Shown here piece after piece: positions 37,437-47,989 of a DNA stretch of 64,000 nucleotides (position 1 is its first letter; every line of letters starts with the position of its first letter). The position numbers were made by a program, and so were the translations under genes. This DNA is from a bacterium (GTDB taxonomy: Bacteria; UBA8248; JACPRG01; G963555815), in contig OZ244653.1 of the NCBI GenBank assembly GCA_965218795.1, positions 3,392,001 to 3,456,000 on the forward strand, written 5' to 3'. The notes under the pieces were generated by a model. It was not told where the DNA came from. It saw only the letters and a program-made list of their open reading frames with translations, and did no database searches.

Positions 37437-39299
37437 GTGTGGACCGATTCGACAAACGAAGAGAAAACCCCACAAGACCACAAGTACCGACAAGTCTGGG
37501 CGGATCTGAGACAGGGTACGTTCCGGGAGGAAATCAAGACTTGCAAAGACGCGGAAGACCTCCTCGCCGGGATCGGCCGGTCCTTCAAGCTGCTTCAGGA
37601 TTACGACGTGATCGATCCCTACGCGCCCGAATCCCCTCTGATCATGAATCTCGGTCTGTTTTCCGGTACGGACGTCATGACCGGCCTGCGTACATTCTTC
37701 AGTGCCTACAGCCCCCTCAAGACCTCCAAAACCGGCATGCCGTCAGCCATGTGGAGCGCCGCCTCCGGGAAGTTCGGCACCAAGCTAGCCTGCGCGGGCG
37801 TGGATGAAATGATTTTCACGGGCCGCTGTGAGAAGTGGAGCTATCTGGTCATCGAAGGCGATAAGGAATCCCGGTCTTTCACGCTGCACGACGCCTCGGA
37901 AATCATGGGGATGACCACTCATGAAAAGATCCTGTGGCTCGCCGACCGTTACGAGGACGCCCACTTCGGTGTCTTGGGTCCTTCGGGCGAAAACTGGCAG
38001 GGGAACCGCTTCGCCGGGATCGCCATCAGCACCGAGAACCAGCTGAAATCCCGGGACCCGAAGCCGCGATTCGCCGGTCGGGGCGGCATGGGAAATTTGA
38101 TGGGATCAAAGAATCTGGTCGCTATCGCGGCCAAGGCGCCCGACCCGAAGGGCCGGGTGTCGCCGGTCATCAAGGCCGTGAACGTAGAGGTCTCCCGGGG
38201 CGACGGCTCGCGCAACTACCGCGACAAGCGAAAAAACAACGGCGCAGGCGGGACGTGGCGAAATTATCCGCCCCTTCATAAGGCGGGCATCCTGCCGGAG
38301 AACAACTTCAGGCCGCAGGGAGCCGAGGGGCCGGCCAACCAGTACCGGGACACCTTCGAGGAAAGCTACTACGTCAAGGACGAGTCGTGCTTCAAATGCG
38401 GAATCGCCTGCCACAAAAACGTCTACGAGGCCGTGGAGGAAAACGGGAAGAAAAAGCCCGGCGAGTTTTTCGTCAAGCTCGACTACGAGCCCATGAACCT
38501 GATGTCGACCAACCTGGGCATCTATGATCAGGCCCAAACGCTCGAAGCCGTGGAGCTGACGGACGATATGGGGTTCGACTCGATCAGCCTGGGGGTGATT
38601 CTGGGATACGCCATGGAATACAACGAGCGGCGGGACCAGGGCGCCCCGGGCGAAAAGATTCTCGGCGGCATCAAATTCGGCGATTTCGAAGCGATCGTGG
38701 ACCTCACACGCCGCTGCGCCCAGGGCGATCTTCCCCAACTCGGCCAGGGCGTGATGCGGCTGTCCGAAGAACTGGGCGAGACCGACTACGCCATGCACTG
38801 CAAAGGGGTGGAGCTTCCGGCCTACCTGCCCGAGACCAACCCCGGCTATCCTTTCGCCATCGCCGGCGGCCACATGTCCATGCGCACCTTCCTCTTCCTC
38901 GTTTTCGAGGAGGAGACATCGCTCGACTACTGGGAGGACGCCATCCTCAACCGGGGAATCCACTATACCCGGGACGACCTGATCGGCACCTGCAAATTCG
39001 CCGGCACGCCCGACAGCTTCATCCTGGACGCCATCAAAGACTGGACCGGCGTCCCCATGACGGAACAGGAACTGCAGGACGGCGTGATGCGAACGTACCT
39101 GCGGGGACTGTTGCTTGAGCGGAAGCAGGGATTCACGGACGAAGACTACGTCCTGCCGGAGCGCGTGTACGAACGGCAGGAACACATCAAGGTGCCGCAG
39201 TTCATCACGCCGGAATTCTGGACGGAACTCCGCAGCCGCGTTCTGAAAGGCTTCGATGAGCGCATCGAAGAATTCGGCCTGGTCACGGCGGTGTCGTAG
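37437..39299 (+). CDS. Aldehyde:ferredoxin oxidoreductase family (W/Mo-pterin) enzyme
   Basis: SPLK, AGRGGMG.LMGSKNL, CFKCGIAC, DYEP, GFDSIS.G and KGVELPAY; GTG start after RBS GGAGAGG. Confidence 0.9.
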   Translation: MWTDSTNEEKTPQDHKYRQVWADLRQGTFREEIKTCKDAEDLLAGIGRSFKLLQDYDVIDPYAPESPLIMNLGLFSGTDVMTGLRTFFSAYSPLKTSKTGMPSAMWSAASGKFGTKLACAGVDEMIFTGRCEKWSYLVIEGDKESRSFTLHDASEIMGMTTHEKILWLADRYEDAHFGVLGPSGENWQGNRFAGIAISTENQLKSRDPKPRFAGRGGMGNLMGSKNLVAIAAKAPDPKGRVSPVIKAVNVEVSRGDGSRNYRDKRKNNGAGGTWRNYPPLHKAGILPENNFRPQGAEGPANQYRDTFEESYYVKDESCFKCGIACHKNVYEAVEENGKKKPGEFFVKLDYEPMNLMSTNLGIYDQAQTLEAVELTDDMGFDSISLGVILGYAMEYNERRDQGAPGEKILGGIKFGDFEAIVDLTRRCAQGDLPQLGQGVMRLSEELGETDYAMHCKGVELPAYLPETNPGYPFAIAGGHMSMRTFLFLVFEEETSLDYWEDAILNRGIHYTRDDLIGTCKFAGTPDSFILDAIKDWTGVPMTEQELQDGVMRTYLRGLLLERKQGFTDEDYVLPERVYERQEHIKVPQFITPEFWTELRSRVLKGFDERIEEFGLVTAVS

Positions 39300-39531
39300 G
39301 GATTCCGGCCGGAGGGCATTTTGGGCGCTGGCGCGCCGGCTATTTCACGGATGAGAATTTGTCTCTGAATCAGACCTTCATGTCGCATTGTCTTGCGATG
39401 GCCTCATCGCGCAAGCATGCGAGGGCTGAGAACCGGCACAGTGTGTTTCTCTCCAGACTCCCCTCGAAAACTTTTCATTCGCGACGGCGCGCTTCGCACT
39501 CCATCGCAAGAACCGGTTCCCTGGCAAGAAA

Positions 39532-40668
39532 TCAGGGCTCGTACGTCATCCGGTAAATCGCTCCCGCGCGGTCGTCCGATACCAGCATCGAGCCGTCGGG
39601 CATCACGAGCAAATCCACGGGCCGCCCCCAGGCTGACTGGCCTTGCAGCCAGCCTTCCGCAAAGGGCTCGTAACTGACCGCCCGGTTCCCTTCCAACCGC
39701 ACGATCGTGATGCGGTACCCAATCTTTGCGCTGCGGTTCCAAGAGCCGTGCTCGGCGATGAAGATCTGGTTCCGGTACTTTTCCGGGAACATCCGCCCCG
39801 TGTAAAAACGCATACCGAGCGCCGCCACGTGGGGACCGAGCTTACGCGCCGGAGGGCGGAAGGAGGAGCAAGGCTTCAGCGCGCCGAATTCCGGATCTGG
39901 GATGTCACCCCCGTGGCAGAAGGGATACCCGAAGTTCAGGCCCTTTGTCGGCGCGCGATTGAGCTCATCGGGCGGCGCGTCGTCCCCCATCCAGTCCCGG
40001 CCGTTGTCGGTGAACCAGAGCTCCTTTGTCTCCGGGTGCCAGTCGAACCCGACCGTATTGCGGACGCCGCGCGCGAAAACCTCCAGATTTTCGCCGTCGG
40101 GTTTCATTCTCAGAATCGCCGCATACGGGTCGCCGGGGTCGCAGGAGTTGCACGGAGCGCCCACCGGGACGTAGAGCCACCCATCGGGTCCGAAGCGGAT
40201 GAACTTCCACCCGTGATGTCCGTCCTTGGGCAGGCTTCCGTTGATGAGCTTCGAGCGGGGATTCCGAAGATTGGCTTCGATGTCGTCGAACCGATGAACC
40301 CGGTCGACTTCGGCCAGGTAGAGCGCGCCGTCGCGGAAGGCCACGCCGTTGGGCATGTCCAGATCCTTCGCCAGGGTAATGATTTCATCGGCCCGGTGGT
40401 CCCGGTTCCGGTCGACCACGGCGTACGCCCTGCCCGTTCGACGGGTGCCGACAAAGAGCGTCCCCTTCGTGCCCAGGGCCATCGAGCGGGCGCCCGGGAG
40501 GTTGACCGCATATGCATGGATCCTGAATCCGGGCGGCAGCTTGATGAGGCTCAGTTTCTCTTCGACCGCGCCGGTGGGCATGGGCGCCGTCGCGCAGGCG
40601 GCGAGCCATGCCAATAAAGCAAGCGATGTCACCCAGGCTGAAAAAGCAAATCGAGTTTGAATTCGCAT
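39532..40668 (-). CDS. PQQ-dependent sugar / L-sorbosone dehydrogenase-family lipoprotein
   Basis: Lipobox LAAC; HHGWKFIRFGPDG, GAPCN, GVRNTVGFDW and HGSWNRS. Confidence 0.9.
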   Translation of the reverse strand: MRIQTRFAFSAWVTSLALLAWLAACATAPMPTGAVEEKLSLIKLPPGFRIHAYAVNLPGARSMALGTKGTLFVGTRRTGRAYAVVDRNRDHRADEIITLAKDLDMPNGVAFRDGALYLAEVDRVHRFDDIEANLRNPRSKLINGSLPKDGHHGWKFIRFGPDGWLYVPVGAPCNSCDPGDPYAAILRMKPDGENLEVFARGVRNTVGFDWHPETKELWFTDNGRDWMGDDAPPDELNRAPTKGLNFGYPFCHGGDIPDPEFGALKPCSSFRPPARKLGPHVAALGMRFYTGRMFPEKYRNQIFIAEHGSWNRSAKIGYRITIVRLEGNRAVSYEPFAEGWLQGQSAWGRPVDLLVMPDGSMLVSDDRAGAIYRMTYEP

Positions 40669-40782
40669 GCGTCCTCTTTCACGGCTGAGGAAGTTTGTTG
40701 CCGGGTGTCATTCGATTTTGTCATGACAACCTCCACAACATGAAAAACAGGGAATTATACGCTTGATTCGCCAAGTTTTTTT

Positions 40783-40892
40783 CTGGATTCCTGCTTGCGC
40801 AGGAATGACAATCAGAACCATGCTGGTCCCCAAGCGACCCCGCCCCCCCGCGAGCAACAGGCGGGGGTCATTCCCGCGGAAGCAGGAATCCA
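40783..40892. repeat. Inverted pair of REP-like elements (GTCATTCC(C/T)GCG..AGCAGGAATCCA)
   Basis: CTGGATTCCTGCTTGCGCAGGAATGAC (40783-40809) and GTCATTCCCGCGGAAGCAGGAATCCA (40867-40892). Confidence 0.8.
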
Positions 40893-41089
40893 TCTTGAGG
40901 GAGCCATTGACTTGCGCGGCACCTGACGATCTCGAAGCGAGGTACGAGTCAACCGAACCGCCATGCGCACATAAAGCGGGATGAAACCAGAATACTAAAT
41001 TCCGGCTCCGCAGGGAAGTTTTCAACCAGAGAACGGGGGGAGTGCGAAGGATCGGCTTCTGCCGGCCATCCAATTGCAGTCATGGCGCT

Positions 41090-41818
41090 TCAGGAGGATC
41101 GGCGTTCCTTCGCGCGGGCAAGACCCGGCGTCTGATCCATCAAGGAAAGAAACGCCCGTTCCTGGTTTTTGAGGTGCCGGCTCACCCGTCGTTCCGCTTT
41201 GAGGGAGTCGCGACGGATAAGGGCGGAGAGGATGCCCTTGTGCTCCCGCATGGATTGGTCCAGCCGATCGGGCACGCCGTGAGAGAGGATTCGCGTCTTG
41301 ACGATCTGGGACCGCACCTGCTCTACCAATTCCAGCAATCGGAGATTTCCGGATGCCTCTACAAAGGTGCGGTGGAAAAGATGATTGTAATGGTAGTAGC
41401 CGTCGATGTCGCCCGTCCGTCTGCACTCCTCCAATGCGTTGGTGGTCTCGCGCAAGCGCTTCAGGTCTTCCTCCGAAATCCGCTCGGCCGCCAGCCGGGC
41501 CGCCAGCCCCTCCAAAACGCCCGCGACGGCATACAGATCGCGGACATCTTCCTCGGTCGGCCGGCTCACGAACGCCCCCTTGTGGGGGACAAGCGAGATA
41601 TACCCCTGGGCCTCGAGCTCTTTGAGGGCCTCCCGAACGGAGGTGCGGCTCACGCCGAACGTGGCGGTCAAATCCTTTTCGACCAGCCGGTGTCCGGCCC
41701 CCAATCGGCCTTCGAGAATGGCCTCCCGGATTTGGGAGGCGACCACCCGGCTCATCGGCCGGGGACGGACTTCCTCGAATCCGGCAAGAATCGAACGCGC
41801 AGACGTCCTCTTCGCCAT
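41090..41818 (-). CDS. GntR-family (FCD) transcriptional regulator
   Basis: FGVSRTSVREAL..L...G, N..FH and S..EH..I. Confidence 0.92.
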   Translation of the reverse strand: MAKRTSARSILAGFEEVRPRPMSRVVASQIREAILEGRLGAGHRLVEKDLTATFGVSRTSVREALKELEAQGYISLVPHKGAFVSRPTEEDVRDLYAVAGVLEGLAARLAAERISEEDLKRLRETTNALEECRRTGDIDGYYHYNHLFHRTFVEASGNLRLLELVEQVRSQIVKTRILSHGVPDRLDQSMREHKGILSALIRRDSLKAERRVSRHLKNQERAFLSLMDQTPGLARAKERRSS

Positions 41819-41821
41819 GGC

Positions 41822-43012
41822 TCAAACGACCCCTTCATCCCGCAGGGCCTGAATCTCATCCACCGAGAAATTCAAAACCCCCTGCAGCACTTCATCCGTA
41901 TGCTCGCCGAGCAGCGGCGGCGGTGAATGGACCCCGGCGGGCGTGTCGGAAAGCTTTACGGGGGCGCCCGTGAGCTTCGTCTTCCCGGCGACCGGATGAT
42001 CCACTTCGACCACCATACCCCTCGCCAGCACCTGAGGATGCGTGAGAACCTGGTCCAGCGTGTTGATGGAGCCGCACGGAATGCCGGCCTCGTTCAGCCT
42101 GTCGAGCCAGAAAGAGCGTGGCTGCGCCCTGAGGATCTCCCCCAACTCTTCCTTCAACTCATCGTGGTTCCGGACGCGGTTCGCGTTGGTTTCATACCTG
42201 GCGTCATGCGCCCAATCGGGCCGGTCGATGACATCGCAAAACTTGACCCACAAGGAGTCATTGCCCACCCCGAGATTGATGAACCCGTCCGCGCATGCAA
42301 GCGTTTCATAAGGGACGATACTCGGATGGGCGTTCCCGAGCCGCTTGGGGGGATTTCCAGTGGAAAAATAGATCCCCGCCTGATAGGTCAGCAGGGCCAC
42401 CTGGCCGTCCAGCATGCCGATGTCCACCTTCTGGCCTTTTCCCGTCCGCGCGCGCGCGATCAGCGCAGCCAGGACCCCGTGGCAGGCCAGCATCCCCGCG
42501 GTGATATCGGCGATGGAGGCTCCGACTTTGGCGGGCTGGCCGTCCGGCTCTCCGGTCAGGCTCATGATCCCGCCTTCGCCCTGAATCACCACGTCGTAGC
42601 CGGGCCGGTCCTGAAGCGGTCCCGTGTGCCCGAAGCCCGAGATCGAAGCGTAGACCATGCGCGAATTGATTTCATGGATACGGTCATAGCCGAAGCCCAG
42701 CTTCTCCATCGTTCCCGGCCGGAAGTTCTCGACGACCACATCGGACCGTTCGATCAGCCGGGTGAGAATCGTCTTCCCCTTCTCCGCCTTCAGGTTGAGC
42801 GTGAGGCTCTTTTTATTACGGTTGATGCTCATGAAATAAGAGCTCTCGCCATTCACGAAGGGGGGGCCCCAGGCCCGAGTGTCATCCCCCGTGCCGGGAA
42901 GCTCCACCTTGACGACCTCGGCCCCCAGGTCCGCCAGCATCATGGTGGCGTACGGACCCGCGAGGATTCGGGTGAGATCGAGAACAAGGGTGCCTTCCAA
43001 TGCGCCGGACAT
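41822..43012 (-). CDS. CaiB/BaiF family III CoA transferase
   Basis: LAGPYATMMLADLGAEVVKVE, NRNKKS and ENFRPG. Confidence 0.95.
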   Translation of the reverse strand: MSGALEGTLVLDLTRILAGPYATMMLADLGAEVVKVELPGTGDDTRAWGPPFVNGESSYFMSINRNKKSLTLNLKAEKGKTILTRLIERSDVVVENFRPGTMEKLGFGYDRIHEINSRMVYASISGFGHTGPLQDRPGYDVVIQGEGGIMSLTGEPDGQPAKVGASIADITAGMLACHGVLAALIARARTGKGQKVDIGMLDGQVALLTYQAGIYFSTGNPPKRLGNAHPSIVPYETLACADGFINLGVGNDSLWVKFCDVIDRPDWAHDARYETNANRVRNHDELKEELGEILRAQPRSFWLDRLNEAGIPCGSINTLDQVLTHPQVLARGMVVEVDHPVAGKTKLTGAPVKLSDTPAGVHSPPPLLGEHTDEVLQGVLNFSVDEIQALRDEGVV

Positions 43013-43038
43013 CTACAATCCTCCGAAATCAAACACCG

Positions 43039-44163
43039 TTATCCTCCCACCAGTGACAGCAGGACGCCGGCTGCGATGGCCGATCCGATCACTCCGGCGA
43101 CATTCGGCCCCATGGCGTGCATCAGCAGAAAGTTGTGACGGTCCGCATCCTGGCCGACCTTCTGGACAACCCGGGCGGCCATGGGAACAGCCGAAACCCC
43201 CGCCGCGCCGATGAGGGGGTTCATGGGCTCTTTGGAGAACGCAGCCATGAGTTTCCCGAAGAGGACGCCCGCAGCCGTCCCGATGGAAAAGGCGATAAAA
43301 CCCAGGACGATAATGAAAAGGGTCTCCAGGTTCAGGAACTGCTTCGCCGTCATCGAAGCGCCGACGGAAAGGCCGAGAAAGATCGTCACCATGTTGAGCA
43401 TTTCGTTCTCCGAAGCCCTCAAGAGGCGGTCCACAACCCCGCACTCCCGGAACAGGTTGCCCAGCATGAGCATTCCGACCAGAGGGGCCGAGGAGGGAAG
43501 AAGAAGGCCCGTAAAGAACAGGGTCACAATCGGGAACAGAATTCGCACCGTCTTGGAAACCTGTTTTCGCTGCACCATCACGACCTTCCTTTCCTCATCC
43601 GACGTCAGGAGCTTCATGATGGGAGGCTGAATGATGGGAACCAGCGCCATGTAGGAATAGGCCGCCACCGCCACCGGGCCCAGCAGATGAGGCGCCAACT
43701 TGGAAGTCAGGTAGATGGCCGTGGGGCCGTCGGCGCCGCCGATGATTCCGATCGAGCTCGATTCCGGAAGGTTGAACCCCAGGAGAATGGCCCCGATGAG
43801 CGTCCCGAAGATACCGAATTGCGCGGCCGCTCCCAGCAGGATGGTTTTCGGGTTGGCCAGGAGGGGCCCGAAATCCGTCAGGGCCCCGACGCCCAGGAAA
43901 ATCAGCGGCGGGAAGATCCCCGCCTTGACGCCGAAATAGAAGAAATGCAAGAGGCCTCCCTCTTCGAACATGCCGCCCAGGGGGAGGTTCGACAAGATCG
44001 CACCGATGCCGATGGGAAGGAGCAGGAGCGGCTCGAATCCCTTTTTGATCGCCAGATAGACCAGAACGGCTCCGACCAGCAGCATCGTGGCGGATTGCCA
44101 CGTGAGATTCGCAAATCCCGTCTGCCCCAGGAACCGGATGATGCCATGGCCCAGGCTGTCCAC
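43039..44163 (-). CDS. mmdB: Na+-translocating decarboxylase beta subunit
   Basis: [20 protein letters not shown] and [13 protein letters not shown]. Confidence 0.93.
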   Translation of the reverse strand: MDSLGHGIIRFLGQTGFANLTWQSATMLLVGAVLVYLAIKKGFEPLLLLPIGIGAILSNLPLGGMFEEGGLLHFFYFGVKAGIFPPLIFLGVGALTDFGPLLANPKTILLGAAAQFGIFGTLIGAILLGFNLPESSSIGIIGGADGPTAIYLTSKLAPHLLGPVAVAAYSYMALVPIIQPPIMKLLTSDEERKVVMVQRKQVSKTVRILFPIVTLFFTGLLLPSSAPLVGMLMLGNLFRECGVVDRLLRASENEMLNMVTIFLGLSVGASMTAKQFLNLETLFIIVLGFIAFSIGTAAGVLFGKLMAAFSKEPMNPLIGAAGVSAVPMAARVVQKVGQDADRHNFLLMHAMGPNVAGVIGSAIAAGVLLSLVGG

Positions 44164-44186
44164 TTGTTATCGTCTCCCGATACGAC

Positions 44187-44594
44187 TCAATCCGGGTCAA
44201 TCCGGACCAGAAGCTGACCGCCGTTTACTTTGTCGCCCGGGTTGACCAGGATCTCGGCCACGGTGCCGGCCTGGTCCGCGACGACCCGGGTCTCCATCTT
44301 CATCGCCTCCAGGACGCAGACGACCGTGTCCGGTTTAACCGGGTCCCCCACCTTGACCATCACCTTGAGAATGGCGCCCGGCAATGGCGAGACGACTCCG
44401 CCCGCGCCGGCCGCCGGGCGGGGACGAGGACGAGCGGCCGAAACCGGCGCGGCGCCGGCCGCCGATTCCTCGGCAACCACCTCGACCAAATGCTCCACGC
44501 CGTCCACCAACACCCGAAGCTGATCGGGACTCTCCGTATCCTCGACGGTCACTTCGTAGGTGATGTTCTTGTGCGTGATGGTGAACTTCTTCAA
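44187..44594 (-). CDS. mmdC: Biotin carboxyl carrier (gamma) subunit
   Basis: EAMKM biotinylation motif after an Ala/Pro linker; TTG start at 44594 overlapping the delta stop. Confidence 0.88.
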   Translation of the reverse strand: MKKFTITHKNITYEVTVEDTESPDQLRVLVDGVEHLVEVVAEESAAGAAPVSAARPRPRPAAGAGGVVSPLPGAILKVMVKVGDPVKPDTVVCVLEAMKMETRVVADQAGTVAEILVNPGDKVNGGQLLVRIDPD

Positions 44595-44950
44595 ACCCGA
44601 TCTCCCCCCGCGTAGGCGTCCGCCCTGGAAAGGGCGGCCACCCGACCGTCCATCACCCACTTGGATCGGTCGGGACGCTTCACGTCCACCATGAACACCT
44701 GAGCGGACTGCGCCTTCAGATAGGCCCCGACGGCAGCAGTGATGACCGGCAACAGCTCCTCTTCTCCGGCCCCGCCGACGGGCGTAGCCGCAACTCCCGC
44801 AGCCGGCTCTCCGGCCGGGGCCGGGCCGCCTTCCCATATCGAGGCCAACCCATCCAGCACGCGGATCAAAACGGCCAAGGCAATCAGCGAGAGGAAAACC
44901 GTCCCCATTCCAATGATTATCAGCATGATCCCCTGGCCCATCAGGCTCAC
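44591..44950 (-). CDS. mmdD: OadG/MmdD-like membrane anchor (delta) subunit
   Basis: GMGTVFLSL TM segment, VITAAV and SKWVMDGR; GTG start after RBS GGAAGGAG. Confidence 0.85.
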   Translation of the reverse strand: MSLMGQGIMLIIIGMGTVFLSLIALAVLIRVLDGLASIWEGGPAPAGEPAAGVAATPVGGAGEEELLPVITAAVGAYLKAQSAQVFMVDVKRPDRSKWVMDGRVAALSRADAYAGGDRV

Positions 44951-45045
44951 GGATGAATCTCCTTCCAGTGAATGACGCTCCGCCGCCCACGGCGATACAC
45001 CGCGCCGTGAGCCGGAGAAAGCCGCCATCCACCCAGCGCTGAGAA

Positions 45046-46617
45046 TTACAAGGGGATGTTCCCGTGCTTCTTTCGGGGGCGGCTTTCCCGCTTGCCCTGG
45101 AGCATCTCCAGCGCGCGCAACAGCTCCCGGCGTGTGTACCGGGGCTCGATGATGGAATCCACATAGGACAATGCCGCGGCCGAGTAGGGCGTGCAGAACT
45201 TCTTCCGGAACTCCTCGATCAGCTCCTGCCGCTTGGCCTCGGGGTCGGAGGCTTCCGCAATCTCCCGCCGGAAGATGATGTTGGCCGCGCCTTCCGGACC
45301 CATCACGGCGATCTCAGCCGTGGGATAGGCCAACACGCGGTCAAATCCCATATCCCGGTTACTGAAGGCGATATAGGCGCCGCCGTACGCCTTCCGCACG
45401 ATGATGCTGATCTTCGGGACGGTGGCCTCCGAGTAGGCAAACAAAATCTTGGCCCCATGCCGGATAATCCCGCCGAACTCCTGCTGCGACCCGGGCAGGA
45501 ACCCCGGAACGTCGACAAGCGTGATAACCGGCAGATTGAAGCTGTCGCAAAAACGGACCATTCGGGCCACCTTGTCCGAAGAGTCGATGTCCAGGACGCC
45601 GGCCAAGACCGAAGGCTGGTTGGCGACGACCCCCACCGGTTGACCTCCCAGCCGCGCAAATCCGACGACTGCGTTCTTGGCGAAATCCGGTTGAACCTCG
45701 AGAAAATCAGAGTGGTCGAAAACTCCCTCGATCAGGTCGTGCACGTCATAGGGCTCGGTTTGGCGGGCGGGTATCAGTTCATTCAGAGCCTCATTTTCTA
45801 CCGGGGGGTAATCGGGGGGATCGCTCCGCGGGGGATCGTCCACGTTGTTCGAGGGCAGAAAGCTCAGGAGCTTCTTGACCATCGACAAGCATTCCTTTTC
45901 GTTGGTCGGAGTGAAATGGGCGACGCCGCTCACGCCGCCATGAACCCCCGCACCCCCGAGCTCCTCCAAGGTGATGTCTTCTCCCGTCACGGCCTTGATT
46001 ACGTCAGGGCCCGTCACGAACATGTTGCTGATGCCAGGGACCATGAAGATGAAATCGCAGATGGCCGGCGAGTAGACGGCGCCTCCCGCGCAGGGGCCGA
46101 GTATCACCGCAATCTGCGGAATGACGCCCGAGGCTTGGGTGTTTCGACGGAAGATGTTTCCGTACCCGTTGAGGGAGCTCACTCCTTCCTGAATGCGGGC
46201 TCCGCCCGAGTCGTTGATCTGGATGAACGGGCACCCCGCGCTCATGGCGAGGTCCATGGCCCGGCAGATCTTCGCCGCATGCATCTCACCCAGCGAGCCG
46301 CCCAGGGCCGTGAAATCCTGGGAAGAGAAGTAGACGAGGTTGCCGTCGATCTTTCCCGCCCCGGTTACAACACCGTCGCCCGCGTAGCGGCGCTTATCCA
46401 TCCCGAAATCAGAGTTGCGCGTCTCGGCGAAAGCATCGAGCTCGACAAAGGTTTCTTCGTCCAGAAGGAATTCGAGGCGCTCCCGCGCGGTCATTTTGCC
46501 ACGCTCGCGCTGCTTCTTGATGGCCTCGCGACCTCCGCCCAGACGAGCCTGTTCCGCCCGCTGCCGCAATTCATCTGACAGAGACTTCACGCCTGATTCC
46601 CTCTTTTCCCGTTCCAT
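45046..46617 (-). CDS. mmdA: Methylmalonyl/propionyl-CoA carboxyltransferase (alpha) subunit
   Basis: GKMTARER, DSGGARIQEG, GPCAGGAVYSPA and RKKHGNIPL. Confidence 0.92.
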   Translation of the reverse strand: MEREKRESGVKSLSDELRQRAEQARLGGGREAIKKQRERGKMTARERLEFLLDEETFVELDAFAETRNSDFGMDKRRYAGDGVVTGAGKIDGNLVYFSSQDFTALGGSLGEMHAAKICRAMDLAMSAGCPFIQINDSGGARIQEGVSSLNGYGNIFRRNTQASGVIPQIAVILGPCAGGAVYSPAICDFIFMVPGISNMFVTGPDVIKAVTGEDITLEELGGAGVHGGVSGVAHFTPTNEKECLSMVKKLLSFLPSNNVDDPPRSDPPDYPPVENEALNELIPARQTEPYDVHDLIEGVFDHSDFLEVQPDFAKNAVVGFARLGGQPVGVVANQPSVLAGVLDIDSSDKVARMVRFCDSFNLPVITLVDVPGFLPGSQQEFGGIIRHGAKILFAYSEATVPKISIIVRKAYGGAYIAFSNRDMGFDRVLAYPTAEIAVMGPEGAANIIFRREIAEASDPEAKRQELIEEFRKKFCTPYSAAALSYVDSIIEPRYTRRELLRALEMLQGKRESRPRKKHGNIPL

Positions 46618-47183
46618 GCGGAATTTCGCGCCGAAGTGCGAGTGAGAGCCCCTCGGTCGCCACTTGGGGAAAAATGACTGGATTGAATGATTATCAGACA
46701 ATAAGACAATCTACATTGCAAGTCAAGCCACCTGCGCTGATAGCTGCGAAAAAGAGGGCGAGGCCTTCCTCTACTCGGTGATTCCCGGATTTGGGGTAAG
46801 CCGCTCTGGGGCAGGCGGGGCCCGCACTGCTGTCGCCGGGCATGAGGGCAAATGATTTTCGATTTCTCCTGATAACCCGGCGACAGGGGCGCGCTGCCCC
46901 CGAGAAGCGCCCCCCTGAAAATCCCCTTTGATCCGGCACTGCGAAATCGCGGAGGCGCGTTGCCTGCCCCAATATCCCCCTGAAATGGAGCTCCATCATC
47001 TCTGGCGTCCGCTCGAACCGGGGATCACTGTGAGTGTCCTGCACCCTTGACCGCAGACCGGCGAATATGCGGAAATGTAACGAATTATCATTTTCGTGTA
47101 CGATGTGTACGAATCGCTCTGCACTTGGAAGGATCATTTGGCCGAGGGTAAATCCGTTTGCCCGATTCGGCGGGGAGGCCCGA

Positions 47184-47843
47184 ATGAAGATTATCGATCT
47201 GAGCCTGGATACCCAAGATCAGGTTCCGGTACCGCCTTCGGTTCCACAAATCGTGAAGATGACGACTGCGTTTCGCAAGCCGACCCACTGGCAGGCTACT
47301 TGGGTGTCATTTTCCGCGCATACCGCTTCTCACTGCGACTCGGCCCTGCACGTCCTCGCTCGGAAGGCGCCGATCAACAAGGTTCCGCTGGAAAAGTTCG
47401 TCGGGGAAGCCGTCATGCTCGACTTGACCCAGAAGGGCAGGAAAAATGCGGAAATCACGCTTGAGGACGTCAAGAAATACGACAAAGTCCCGAAAAAGAA
47501 CGATATCATCGTGATGCGAACGGATTGGGGGCGCAAAAAGTTCGGGAAAACCGAGTACTATACAGACTCCCCTTACATCAACGAGGATGTGGCGCGGTGG
47601 CTGGTGAGCAAGAAGCCGAAGGCCATCGGGTTCGACTTTTTCGAGGAGTACAACGCGAGGCTGAAGGACTTCAAACCGGCGGATTTCATCGTACACCGGA
47701 TTATGATGGGAGCGGGAATCTTCCTCATCGAGGGGATAACGAATCTGCATCTGGTCAAGAAAAGGCGCTTCATGCTGCACGCGGCTCCCATCAAGCTGAA
47801 AGACTGCGAAGCAGCGCCTGCGCGTATTTATGCTGTGGTGTAA
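47184..47843 (+). CDS. Cyclase/KynB-family metal hydrolase
   Basis: MKIIDLS, HTASHCDSALH and EAAPARIYA; RBS GGGGAGG. Confidence 0.88.
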   Translation: MKIIDLSLDTQDQVPVPPSVPQIVKMTTAFRKPTHWQATWVSFSAHTASHCDSALHVLARKAPINKVPLEKFVGEAVMLDLTQKGRKNAEITLEDVKKYDKVPKKNDIIVMRTDWGRKKFGKTEYYTDSPYINEDVARWLVSKKPKAIGFDFFEEYNARLKDFKPADFIVHRIMMGAGIFLIEGITNLHLVKKRRFMLHAAPIKLKDCEAAPARIYAVV

Positions 47844-47989
47844 CCGATTTCTTCGCTCTGCGGTTTGGCGATAGTTTTCACTGCGGATTGGATTTCAGGG
47901 CAGCTATCGGTCAAGCGCCGTACCCACCAACAACGGAATACAGTTTGAACGTAATGGGGCGAACTGCGCCCGGATGGAGGCGACTTCGG

